Positions 19,986 to 29,946 of a stretch of 64,000 nucleotides of DNA are shown piece after piece. The position numbers and the translations under genes were made by a program. Each line of letters opens with the position of its first letter. Position 1 is the first letter of the stretch. The notes under the pieces are model-generated. The model saw only the letters and a program-made list of their open reading frames with translations, did no database searches and was not told the DNA's origin. Origin of the DNA: Nitrospirota bacterium (GTDB lineage Bacteria > Nitrospirota > Nitrospiria > Nitrospirales > Nitrospiraceae); assembly GCA_963701855.1 (NCBI GenBank), contig CAVPBK010000014.1:1-64000 (forward strand), in the 5' to 3' direction.

Positions 19986-20789
19986 ATGCCCGAACACACG
20001 AAGGATGATGGCAGGCCTCGCTGGCCTCTTCCGGCCCACGACTACTGGTCTACGCCCTTTGCCGAATCATTGTTGCAGCATCTGAATCTTTGCCCTGGAG
20101 CTTCCATTCTCGATATTGCCTCCGGCCACGGGATTCCGGCCTTCTACCTGGCAGAGCAGGTAGGGCCTGCGGGACAGGTTTTGGCCATCGATCTCAGTGG
20201 GCGTCAGGTCGAGAGTGCGCGAGCGATCCAAGGAGCGCAGCTCCCATGGCTGCGGTTCGAATGTTTGGATATGCGTGCGCTGCCTCAGCATCTGCCCTGT
20301 TTTGACCGCATCACCGGCAATCTCTCGGTCATGTTTTTTCGTCCCAATCGGTTCGAAACCATCCAGGGATTGGTGAAATATCTCAAGCCTGGCGGGCAAC
20401 TAGTGCTGACCTTTCCTTCCCTCGGCACATTCGATTCACTCTGGCATCGGATCGATCAGGAGATGGCGGTCTGTGGTCTCCTGGCGGAACGCCGTCGGTT
20501 GGAAGTTTATCTCGCTGAACGACCGTCAGCAGCAGACGTTCGTGGGTGGCTGGATCGGCTTGATCTCGTGCGTATTGTCGTGGCCGAGTATCCGTTGGAG
20601 GTCTCGACTGGTACTGGTCAAGCGTTTCTCCACCATCCGCTGCTCCGGGGCGGTTTTCTCGATGATGCCTATGAATGTTTCGAGGACCAGGGGCTGGCAG
20701 ATGAGGTCATGACCAGAGTTTCGGAAGATGTGGAGAGCTTCACGCCGCTGATTGCTCAACGGTGTGTGCTGTCAGGGTGGAAGCTATAG
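19986..20789 (+). CDS. Class I SAM-dependent methyltransferase (UbiE-like fold)
   Basis: ILDIASGHG motif I, VLAIDLS, LKPGGQL. Confidence 0.85.
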   Translation: MPEHTKDDGRPRWPLPAHDYWSTPFAESLLQHLNLCPGASILDIASGHGIPAFYLAEQVGPAGQVLAIDLSGRQVESARAIQGAQLPWLRFECLDMRALPQHLPCFDRITGNLSVMFFRPNRFETIQGLVKYLKPGGQLVLTFPSLGTFDSLWHRIDQEMAVCGLLAERRRLEVYLAERPSAADVRGWLDRLDLVRIVVAEYPLEVSTGTGQAFLHHPLLRGGFLDDAYECFEDQGLADEVMTRVSEDVESFTPLIAQRCVLSGWKL

Positions 20790-21013
20790 CAGGATGCTGA
20801 AAAATCCCTCCAACGTCGTTCTCGGTTCGTCAAAATCCTCAACGTATCCCAGAGGGTACGTCTCCGGTTTTGACTCGCCTGCGGCCTAGCTTGGGTTGGG
20901 CGGGTGAGAAAGCCACCTTTTTGAGTATCCTGCTGGAGTGTTCTTCTGTTATGGCACACGTGTAGGCCATTGATGTTCTGCTGTGCTGAAAAGGGTTTTT
21001 CTTAGCCTGCTAG
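20786..21013 (-). mobile_element. MITE-like repeat family A, copy 3 (short variant)
   Basis: Same termini TAGCAGGATGCTGAAAAA ... AGCCTGCTAG; central segment differs. Confidence 0.8.
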
Positions 21014-21075
21014 GGCGCCAGAGTCGTGACTGGTTATGTAGGCATGGAGGGATTACCAGTTCGGCGGCATCAGGA

Positions 21076-21651
21076 TTAGAAGCGGTATCCAAGCTCTACG
21101 ATGTACATATCCACGCCGAGGCTGGATGGCCCGTATAAGCCGGCATCGGAGAAGTGTTGGACACGAAAGCCGGTATAGGCATGCGGGAACGGACTCACGC
21201 GAATCCCCGAGGTAGCGACGATTTGAACCGGACCTCCGAAGTCTTGTGCGCCGAACCGATAGTTGCTGAAGAACCCTACACCAGCTCCTGCGTCGAAGGT
21301 GACAAGTCCTTCCCAGCCGTTCAACGCTAGGCCAGGCACGGCCGTCACCATCAAACCACTCTCATTTGCCCCTGTCAGTAGCCCCGCGCTTGCGATCAGT
21401 CTCGTTTCTAAATTCCACCGGCTCTCACCGAGCGGCCAGGACCAGGGGAGCTTGATGACCGCCGCGACGTCGTACAAGTGAAAATAGTATTTTTGCTCTT
21501 TCCCCATTAGGGGAATTTTTTCACCGAATCCAATGCGGGGGCCGATGCTCAGGAGGGCCATATCGCCTGCAAGGCTTGGCGTACAGATCGCTGTGGAAAG
21601 CCAGAGAGCGAGCAGCAGATTTAGAAGGGGTGGATGCCGATAGCAGCGCAT
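21076..21651 (-). CDS. Outer-membrane acyloxyacyl hydrolase / PagL-like lipid A deacylase
   Basis: Signal peptide, RVQHFSDAG His-Ser motif, C-terminal GYRF beta-barrel signal. Confidence 0.7.
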   Translation of the reverse strand: MRCYRHPPLLNLLLALWLSTAICTPSLAGDMALLSIGPRIGFGEKIPLMGKEQKYYFHLYDVAAVIKLPWSWPLGESRWNLETRLIASAGLLTGANESGLMVTAVPGLALNGWEGLVTFDAGAGVGFFSNYRFGAQDFGGPVQIVATSGIRVSPFPHAYTGFRVQHFSDAGLYGPSSLGVDMYIVELGYRF

Positions 21652-22004
21652 GTACGGTCTCTCGGTGATCGGAATTAGTGTGCCATGGTTCGAAGCTTTC
21701 TCCAATAAATCGCCCATATTAGAACCATATGCTTGCCGAGCGTGTATCCCAAAGTGTCCCACATCGAGGACGCAAATGGTTTTTATTGCGCAGACACTTT
21801 CTGCTTGACTGTGCGGGTGAGACAATCCTCGAAGCCGAGAGACTTGTGAGGGCAATCGGTGTGAAGTCTGAATTGGTAGAATGCGAGTGGTACAGAGAGT
21901 CGTTCGCTACGGCAGATCGAATATATGGTCTGGGAGCAGGGTGGGATGTGAAGGGGCACTTCAACGAAGCGCCCCTTCAGCAACTGTAGCTTCTTGGTGC
22001 TTTG

Positions 22005-22343
22005 TTAGAAGCGACCGCGTCCGCCGCGATCGCCACCGCCGCCGCCACCACCGCCGAAACGACCGCCACCGCCGCCACCACCACCGGTGCGTGGTTCTTG
22101 TGGCTTGGCTTCATTGACAGTCAGGGGACGTCCGTCCATCTGTGAGCCATTCAGAGCGGTAATCGCGGCCTTGGCTTCCTCCTGTGTGGCCATCTCGACG
22201 AAGCCGAAGCCTCGCGATTGCCCGGTGAACTTGTCCGTGATCACACGCGCAGACTCGACGGTGCCATGCGCGGCGAAGAGGGTGGTAAGCTGTGATTCGG
22301 TTGCCGCATAGGGCAACCCGCCGACATAAAGTTTTGAACCCAT
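22005..22343 (-). CDS. RRM RNA-binding protein with Gly-rich tail
   Basis: RNP2 LYVGGL, RNP1 RGFGFVEM, GGGR/GGGF tail; AAGGAGG RBS. Confidence 0.95.
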   Translation of the reverse strand: MGSKLYVGGLPYAATESQLTTLFAAHGTVESARVITDKFTGQSRGFGFVEMATQEEAKAAITALNGSQMDGRPLTVNEAKPQEPRTGGGGGGGGRFGGGGGGGGDRGGRGRF

Positions 22344-22564
22344 GGGGGTTCCTCCTTCTGAAATTGATATTGTGTGAGACTCGAGAACGAACCCACGAGG
22401 GGAAGGAACGGGCCGAAGACGCAAACAGTGGAGCGGCTTGGGTCGAGCTTCCGATCAGCTTCTCGGTACCAACAATATCGGTGATGGGCCGTTCGATTTG
22501 CTGTTTCCTGCGAGGCCCGCCGCCTGAAACAGAAGATACTCTAACAGAAGATGGATAGGGAAAG

Positions 22565-22691
22565 CTAGCCCGCATTATTCATGAGAGTTCGTGACAAAAA
22601 TGCCGAGATGCCAAGCGAGCCGACTCGGCGTCAGATTGTCGCAGCAGCATAACGGCGGTTGCTAGAAGTCTTCGTGAATAATACGGGCTAG
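22565..22691. mobile_element. 127-bp MITE, family B
   Basis: Termini CTAGCCCGCATTATTCATGA and TCGTGAATAATACGGGCTAG are imperfect inverted repeats. Confidence 0.7.
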
Positions 22692-22798
22692 AACTCCTGG
22701 GTGTCTGCATGACGGCGCTTGCGGGTCGAAGGGAGGATTGTGCGGGTGAGTGGAGGATCGCGGCTGCCGTCTGTTGCGAGAGGATTCGGCGTTATCTC

Positions 22799-23103
22799 CT
22801 ACACATCGGCATTGCCGGTGGGACCGGGGCCTGGCCAGATGAGATAGGGTGGCTTCTTCATCGTTTCAGCTGATCGTGGGTAGAGACGTTGGGCATAACT
22901 GTAGGCGTCTTCTTGCGCAACCACAGCAAGTGGCTGCGTCGAGATGGGTGGAAATGACTCGGAAGGTCCCTCGATCATCTGCGGCGATAGTTGCCATGTA
23001 CAGGGCACAGGAAAAGTTCCTATCCTTTGGAGTAGGCAGTGCTGATCAAGAGGTGTGATCCATCCGGAAAGGTCATAATCGGGTCCAAGTTGGTACGGCC
23101 CAT
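22799..23103 (-). pseudogene. Hypothetical protein broken by frameshifts
   Basis: AAGGAG RBS; MGRTNLDP...AYSK, then FSCALYMATIAADD... and VAQEDAYSYAQRLYP... in different frames. Confidence 0.45.
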
Positions 23104-23134
23104 GTGGTACTCCTTTTGCGGAGCGTGTGTGATT

Positions 23135-23398
23135 CTACACGACCTGGTTCGAGTAGGGGGTGACATAGATCCTGAGGAAGTGACCATCCCATTTGGTTCC
23201 TTCAAGGGCAACCACGGCGTTTAAGGCCTGTTCACCGGACCCCATTTCGACGAATCCGTATCCGGCAGACTTTCCCGTATGTTTGAATCGGACCACATAG
23301 GCTCTGGCGACTAAGCCATAGGAAGTGAAGATACCTCGTAGCTCGCAGTCCGAAACCTTGTCCGGGAGTCCACCGACATACAGGACCCGTTTCCCCAT
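23135..23398 (-). CDS. RRM RNA-binding protein
   Basis: LYVGGL and GYGFVEM motifs. Confidence 0.88.
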   Translation of the reverse strand: MGKRVLYVGGLPDKVSDCELRGIFTSYGLVARAYVVRFKHTGKSAGYGFVEMGSGEQALNAVVALEGTKWDGHFLRIYVTPYSNQVV

Positions 23399-23419
23399 CG
23401 AAATTCCCTTCGTGACGCG

Positions 23420-24345
23420 TCAGTTCGTCCGAGCGAGCGAGTCTTCGACATACGAGCCAGTCCGTAACGAGGTCGCAAGCCCCAGTGAGTAGAGCCCGTG
23501 GATGAGCCATTTTGAGGGGTCGAAATGGTACCAGCGAGGACCGTTTCGGTAATCGGTCGGATACATGTGATGGTAGTTATGGTACCCCTCGCCGAATGTC
23601 ACAAGGGACATCAGCCAGCTGTCTCGGTTGGAGTCTGATGTGCCGTGCGGTTGCTGTCCCCATAGATGACAGACGGAATTGATAAAAAATGTCGAATTGA
23701 GCACAGTGAAAGTGCGCCCCACGCCGGCGAGGAGAAAACAGCCGATTCCGCCCATCAAGCCGTTGAAGAGAAAGCCGATGAGAAATGTGCCGGCCAGGCC
23801 AGCGAGAAGCAGGAGGGGATAGTACTTGTGTTGCCAGATCGCAACAGGATCGTTTGCGACACGCGTTGCATATTTGGGGTCGGCGCGCCGATCGGGGGTA
23901 AAGAGCCATCCACAGTGGCTATGCCAGAATCCTTGTTGTGCATTGTACGGATCTTTTTCCTCGTCACAGTGCGCGTGATGACGCAGATGATCGGTGCCCA
24001 TTTGATGGCGGAATTCTGAAACGCCCAGGCGCCTCCGATTAACAGTGCGCCTTTGACCCAGTTCGGGCAGTCAAAGCTCCGATGGGACATCAATCGATGG
24101 TAGCCGACGGTGATGCCCAGTCCGCTGATGACATAGAGCATCCCAAACAGCGACCAGTCGAGCCAGGTGTAATGGTAGAGATACCCATAGAGAGGGACTC
24201 CGATCACGGCGCCTATGGCAATGGCACAAAAAAGGATGATGGTCCAGATCCCTTGGCGACTGCTGATCTTGATCGATACACCGGTGCGGCTGATGGCGAA
24301 TGTCGTTGATTGTGGAGTCATGCGTTGTTTTGTTGCCTGGCTCAT
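23420..24345 (-). pseudogene. Acyl-lipid/acyl-CoA delta-9 desaturase with one frameshift near 23995
   Basis: His boxes HRLMSH (first frame), HLRHH and GEGYHNYHH (second frame). Confidence 0.85.
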
Positions 24346-24943
24346 AGGAAATCTTAATCTTAATGGATTTGTAGTGGTGGCTCAGGCCGACACTCTACGT
24401 TGCATTTCGATTCGATCAACGTCTGCACCGTCATGGACTGTCTGCCGTCCCTGCTATCGGAACAGGGACGAGTGTGGCACGGACTGGTACTGTTCGACGG
24501 TCTCCCTGAAGAGACCTGTGCGCGGAGCAGAGCGGAAACTAGAGCATCAATCGCGCAGAATCTAGAGGGAGGGAATGAAGGCGCGAGGGATAGAGTAGTG
24601 ACCGGACTTCATATGAATGTATTTTAGCACAGTCTGCCTATGATAGCGAACGCATCAAGCTGTTATGGCGTGATAATAGCTCATTACTTTGTACACAGGG
24701 ATGGATTTTCCCCCTCGGCATTGTCAAGCCTTTCTTTTTCAAGAGAGTTGACGCCAGAGAAGGCGTGCTGTACGATGATTTCCACATCGGTGTCGCAGTA
24801 GTCCGGCGGCGCGGCTGTATACACCATAACGGACTTCGCGATCGCATCGCGACCAGGTCCTGTCGGAGTTGATGCCTTCCTGGTTTCTCTCCCCTCGGTT
24901 CTCTGATCCCGTCTTAATGCGATCACACTGAAAGGATAGTGCA

Positions 24944-26227
24944 TTGCATACCTCTGTTCACAAGAGTTTTCACGCCCTTGGTCTGTCTGAACCGCTTTTG
25001 CGGGATTTGACGGCAGCGGGCTTGCTGGTTCCCACACCCATTCAAGCTCAGGCCATTCCACCAGCCCTTGAGGGCCGAGACGTCATTGGTTGCGCCCAAA
25101 CCGGTACCGGAAAGACGGCGGCATTTGTTGTTCCCATAATCGAACGGCTCGCGGTCCTGCCGAAAGGCCAGCCGCAGGCCTTGATCCTTGCACCGACGCG
25201 AGAGTTAGCGTTGCAGATTTTTGACTCAATCGAAAAACTTGGTCGGAGCCACCGCATCTCTGCCACGGTCATCGTCGGAGGGAGCGATATGCAGGCGCAG
25301 ATCAGAGGATTACGCCAACGACCTGATATTCTGGTTGCCACACCGGGGCGTTTGTTGGACCACATGTGGAACGGGACGATCAATTTGGTTCCGATTAAAA
25401 TTCTGGTGCTCGATGAAGCTGATCGCATGCTTGATATGGGCTTTGCCCCACAGATCAATCAGATTCTTGATGCGTTGCCGGTTGAGCGACAGACGTTACT
25501 CTTTTCCGCCACGATTCAGACAGATGTCACCCGCCTGGTTCAAGCGAGCCTGAACGGTGCCGTTCATGTGATGGTGACACCTGCCTCGACGACGGCTGAA
25601 GGTGTGACGCAGATGTTGCATCATACGACCTCTCAGGATAAGACGAAGCTATTGGTGTCGTTGCTGGCGGTGGAACGAGGGACCGTCCTCGTATTTGCAA
25701 GGACAAAGAATCGGGTCGATCGACTCGGTCAGACGCTTGAACAAGCTGGTCACCGCGTCGCAGTTATCCACGGAGACCGAAGTCTGCCCCAGCGCCTCCG
25801 TGCGCTCGACGGATTTAAACGAGGACAAGTCAGAATTCTCGTCGCGACGGATGTCGCAGCCCGAGGGATTGACGTGGCCAACATCGGCCACGTGGTGAAT
25901 TACGATTTGCCGAATTGTCCGGAGGACTATATCCATCGTATTGGACGGACAGCCCGAATGAAGATGACCGGGCGAGCCACCAGTTTTGTGACCTTCGAGG
26001 AACGTGATCAGCTGTGTGCCATCGAACGGTTGTTGGGGCATTCAGTGCCGTTGGCAGAGGGGAGTCCCAGCTCCAGTGATCGTTCGCATGTGCGCGGGGG
26101 GGCTGAACGTTCCAGCGGTGATCATAAGCGGTGGGGGCGTCCAAGCGAAGACAGAGGCCAGCATCAGCCGAGTCCCGCATCATACCGGAGGGGATCGCGG
26201 TCTCTTAGGTCAGAGCCTGCCAGCTAG
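24944..26227 (+). CDS. DEAD-box RNA helicase (RhlE-like)
   Basis: PTPIQ, AQTGTGKT, PTRELA, DEAD, SAT, HRIGRTAR. Confidence 0.95.
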   Translation: MHTSVHKSFHALGLSEPLLRDLTAAGLLVPTPIQAQAIPPALEGRDVIGCAQTGTGKTAAFVVPIIERLAVLPKGQPQALILAPTRELALQIFDSIEKLGRSHRISATVIVGGSDMQAQIRGLRQRPDILVATPGRLLDHMWNGTINLVPIKILVLDEADRMLDMGFAPQINQILDALPVERQTLLFSATIQTDVTRLVQASLNGAVHVMVTPASTTAEGVTQMLHHTTSQDKTKLLVSLLAVERGTVLVFARTKNRVDRLGQTLEQAGHRVAVIHGDRSLPQRLRALDGFKRGQVRILVATDVAARGIDVANIGHVVNYDLPNCPEDYIHRIGRTARMKMTGRATSFVTFEERDQLCAIERLLGHSVPLAEGSPSSSDRSHVRGGAERSSGDHKRWGRPSEDRGQHQPSPASYRRGSRSLRSEPAS

Positions 26228-26291
26228 GGGCGAAGTAGCGACGTGTATAGACTGACAGACTATGAGGTTGAGGGATCAGGGGCGTATCATC

Positions 26292-26608
26292 ATGACCAGC
26301 CCAATGGCTGATGGGCTGTACACGGGGAAGAGGTGAGTGAGAATTCCTGATGGCACGAAGGTCAAGTTTCGTGAAGACGGACGTGAAGGCATCATCGACG
26401 GACTGACGCAACTCGTAGTCGGCCCTAGCAGAAATCCAGATAGCCGGACGCAGTATCAGATCAATGTCGGAGATCCGGCCTGACATTGGCGATAGCGGAC
26501 GATTTGCTGGCCCTGCTAATGGTGAAGCAAAAGGCGAATATCGCCGTGTGCTCACCCAGCAAGTGCGGGCAGTGTTTGGTGCAGACCGGTTTGTGAGAGC
26601 GGCGTAGG
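26292..26608 (+). pseudogene. Degraded hypothetical gene
   Basis: Protein-like fragments RIPDGTKVKFREDGREGIIDGLTQLVVGP... and EYRRVLTQQVRAVFGADRFV split by stops/frameshifts. Confidence 0.3.
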
Positions 26609-26645
26609 ACGGGAGTAATATGAGGGGTTTGCGCTCACGCTATCA

Positions 26646-26834
26646 CTAATACAGTGGTTCTTGCGGACCCCACTGAAGTCCAGCCAAATCCGGATCCTCC
26701 CCCTCTGTGTTCAGAGGGCGAGCGGGCTTCTCGGTCTTGCGCTGTTCTCGACGGGCGTCTTTCTCACGCCGCTGAACTTGTTTCGCTTTCTCACGGTCTC
26801 GTTTTGCGATGGTCGTTTTTCCTGCTCGTCCGAT
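26646..26834 (-). CDS. 62-aa basic small protein with ATC start codon
   Basis: AAAGGAGG 5 nt before ATC; (M)GRAGKTTIAKRDREKAKQVQRREKDARREQRK...EDPDLAGLQWGPQEPLY; absent from the ORF track. Confidence 0.65.
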   Translation of the reverse strand: MGRAGKTTIAKRDREKAKQVQRREKDARREQRKTEKPARPLNTEGEDPDLAGLQWGPQEPLY

Positions 26835-27799
26835 GGTGCCCTCCTTTGCGTAGCGACTCGTAACAAGTCACCAAGCGCCTGCTGTTTATAGGATACTACC
26901 CCGCGCGAGGATGATTAGGACGGCTCTGTCGCTCCACGACGTCTTTTGCTGCTTGAGTCAGGAGCATGGCTGGTCGTCTTGGCTTCTCGTTCAGCTGTGC
27001 GCGAGCGAGTGCCTTGGCCAAACCCACGGCTTGCCATGTTCGACACTTGCCGACGGATATCTTCCATTGAGGTCGTTAGACTGGCATCAAGAGGGTTTGG
27101 AAGGCCGAGAACCTCCCATCGGATTTTTGGCTTCCGCGTTGCCCGTGCTCGGTTCTTTCTCGTCTTGTCGGCTCGCCACCCAGTGGATAGCTTCATATGC
27201 TCTCCTTTTATAGAACCGTGTATCTCCAACGTGGGATAACGTTCGATGGAGATGAGGGGGTCGGACAGAAAAACCGTAATCGCTGCGTCCATTTTCCCGC
27301 AGGGCGTCTAAGTGCAGGACAATGAAACGTAGGAGCTACATTTACGATAACGCATCATTGCGGTGGAAAATTATACGCAGTTCCAGCCGCATGAAGGCTA
27401 GTGCTAGCTCGTTTCCCGGTAGAGGGTACCATGGGTCATGGCAAGAGTCAAATAGGGTATTTAGCTAATTATATAAATCTGTAGGGAGGACAGCCCGCAG
27501 GCCTGCATTAACACAACCATCGTCGAACGGTAGCTTGTACGCGTGTGTTGTGTTTGCGGGATAAATTAGTCGCCGGGAGAGGAAACTGTCGAGAGTCAGC
27601 GGTCATACTCATCGTATAACTGACGTTGATCGAATCATTTGCAATGAGCCGAGAATAATTGAGAAATTTTCTGGCTAGGTAAATTTCGACATGCTGGTGA
27701 GTTTTTCACTGCAGGAGCCAATTCAATTGGTGCGATTGAGGAATTGTATTTGTGAATAGCGCGTCCTGATGTACGGTAGAACATCAGCAGGGGCGCTCT

Positions 27800-28180
27800 A
27801 TGGAACAGGCCGCACATCGAAACTCTGCCTCAAATAGATTTCGCCAACATCCTCGGGTCCGCATTTCTGCTCCTTTTGCTTGCGCGCTGTCTCATTGCCA
27901 GTCTCGTCGTTGGTTGAGGAAGCCTGGTATTGACTTGGGCGTGGTCTACGATCTTTCGTTACGTGGCGCCCGAGTCAGCACTCAGGCTGAGATCAGGCCA
28001 GGGGATGAAGTCACGTTGAGCCTGCGTCTTCCCAAGCAAATCAAGTCTGCCGATATTACTGTCGCCACCGTGAAGTGGGCGAAGGATCACTTCTTCGGTC
28101 TGGCTTTCAAGGAACTATCTCCTGCTGCACTGAATCGCCTGCAAAAGTATGTAGCGGTTGTTTCAATGACTATCGCGTAG
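27800..28180 (+). CDS. PilZ domain protein
   Basis: RQHPR (RxxxR) and DLSLRG (DxSxxG) c-di-GMP motifs. Confidence 0.85.
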   Translation: MEQAAHRNSASNRFRQHPRVRISAPFACALSHCQSRRWLRKPGIDLGVVYDLSLRGARVSTQAEIRPGDEVTLSLRLPKQIKSADITVATVKWAKDHFFGLAFKELSPAALNRLQKYVAVVSMTIA

Positions 28181-28605
28181 GCTCCGGCCCATTCTTCGCC
28201 ATATTCTGCCAGTCTAGATCATCATGTGTCGCTTGAAGCGGCGCGTTGTGTGTCGGCATCCTTGCCTGTTTGTTTCCACGCTTCGGCTTTCAACGGTGGT
28301 TAGCTGTTGATCGTGCCGGATTGAACATTGCACTCATGTTTTGTTGGATGGTGAGAAGGTCATGAGACCGGCCTCCGTGAGCCTGAAAATTCAGTTTCCG
28401 ATCAGTCTGCGCTTGCCGGATCAGACTGCGACGATGAATGTCGATGTAACAGTGCGATGAGGGCATTGTCACACTGCCGGAGTAGAATTTTCCGAGTGCG
28501 CAACTTGCTTGCGGAACTTTCTCTCCCGTGCGCCATCATCACAGGCGGAAGGCCTATTGTTTTATGATGTCCCTTTGACCTTCCCCCAATTCCGTGGACA
28601 CCGGG

Positions 28606-29468
28606 TTAAGCCACCTCCGTCCTCGCTTCGTACTCGGTCGGGGAGTCATCGCCGAGGGTCGAGTGACGGCGTCTCCGGTTATAGAACACCTCAATGTACT
28701 CGAAGATATCCTGTGTCGCGTCGTCACGGGTTGCATAGCGCCGATGGGACACGAGCTCGCGCTTAAGGGTCCCGAAGAAGCGTTCAACACAGGCGTTGTC
28801 CCAGCAGTTGCCGGTGCGGCTCATGCTGGGGGTGATGCCGTGCTCGCCGAGCAGCCGCTGGTAGCGCGTAGCCGCATACTGACTCCCGCGATCCGAATGG
28901 TGCAGGAGCCCGGCCCTTGGGTTCCGGTTGCCAGCGCCATCGTGAGGGCCTGCTCGGCCAGTTCCACGGTCAGCCGGTGGCCCATCGCCCAGCCGATCAC
29001 GAGGCGCGAGTACAGATCGAGGATCACGGCCAGGTAGAGCCAGCCCTCTGTGGTCCACACGTAGGTGAGGTCCCCGGCCCACACCCGATTCGGAGACTCG
29101 ACCGTGAACTGGCGATTGAGGGTGTTCGCCGCCACGGGGAACCGATGCTGGGACTGGGTGGTGGCACGCCACTTCTTCACGGTCTTGGCCCGGATGCCGT
29201 CCTGGCGCATCAGCCAGGCGACGCGATGCTCGCCAATGCGGTGTCCCTGCTTGACCAGGGCATCCCAGATGCTAGGACTGCCGTAGGTCTCACGGGACTC
29301 TCGATGGATCACCCGGATGGCTGAGAGCACGGTCCGGGCAGACACTGATCGGGTACTTTCAGGCCGTGAGCGCCACGCGTAATAGCCCGCAGCCGAGACG
29401 GCAAGGGCGCGGCACATCAGCCGGATCGGATAGCGACGGTCGTGCTCCTGGATCGCGAGGTATTTCAT
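28606..29468 (-). pseudogene. IS3 OrfB DDE transposase with frameshift near 28930
   Basis: [14 protein letters not shown] in one frame; [28 protein letters not shown] in another. Confidence 0.88.
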
Positions 29469-29761
29469 TCGCATTCCCTCGCGAAGAACGCCGCCGCACG
29501 TTGTAAAAAATCCCGTTCCTTCCGCAGCGTCTCATTTTCCCGTTTGAGTCGTGTCAGTTCATCCTGCTCAGTGCGCACCGCCTGGCGCGTGCGGCCCTGG
29601 GATTCGACCTGTTGCTGCTCAGTCCTCCAGCGATACAGCACATTGTCCGAAATCCCAAGTTCCCGCGCCACCTGGGCCACCGGCCGACCGGATTCCCGCG
29701 TGAGCCGGACGGCCTCGGACTTGAATGCGTCGGTAAACTGACGCCGTGTTGTTTTGGGCAT
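29465..29761 (-). CDS. IS3 OrfA (HTH)
   Basis: RRQFTDAFKSEAV, VARELGIS, LKRENETLRKERDFL. Confidence 0.9.
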   Translation of the reverse strand: MPKTTRRQFTDAFKSEAVRLTRESGRPVAQVARELGISDNVLYRWRTEQQQVESQGRTRQAVRTEQDELTRLKRENETLRKERDFLQRAAAFFARECE

Positions 29762-29946
29762 ACTGACCTCCAATTTCATCATTCTCCCCCGTATGGAGGT
29801 GTCTGTGAAATCAGGGGAGGGTCACTTGCAGGTCTTCTCCTATGAAAAGAGAAAAAGAAAGGCCCCCCAGGCTCCGCCAGGATGCTGGGCCGTATCGATA
29901 TGGCTATCTATGTTGATGGAATGGAGGAGGTGTTCTTCCAGTCAGA

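Larger units (their letters stand above)
28576..29824 (-). mobile_element. IS3-family insertion sequence, 1249 bp, 3-bp target duplication CTT
   Basis: TG...CA ends; imperfect 27-bp IRs TGACCTTCCCCCAATTCCGTGGACACC / TGACCCTCCCCTGATTTCACAGACACC; CTT at 28573-28575 and 29825-29827. Confidence 0.95.

Noticed and set aside
22011..22090. CCG/CCA-rich tandem repeat
   Set aside because: Encodes the Gly-rich tail of the RRM protein.
26915..27292. 125-aa basic ORF on the minus strand
   Set aside because: No motif and competing overlapping frames; cannot support or exclude.
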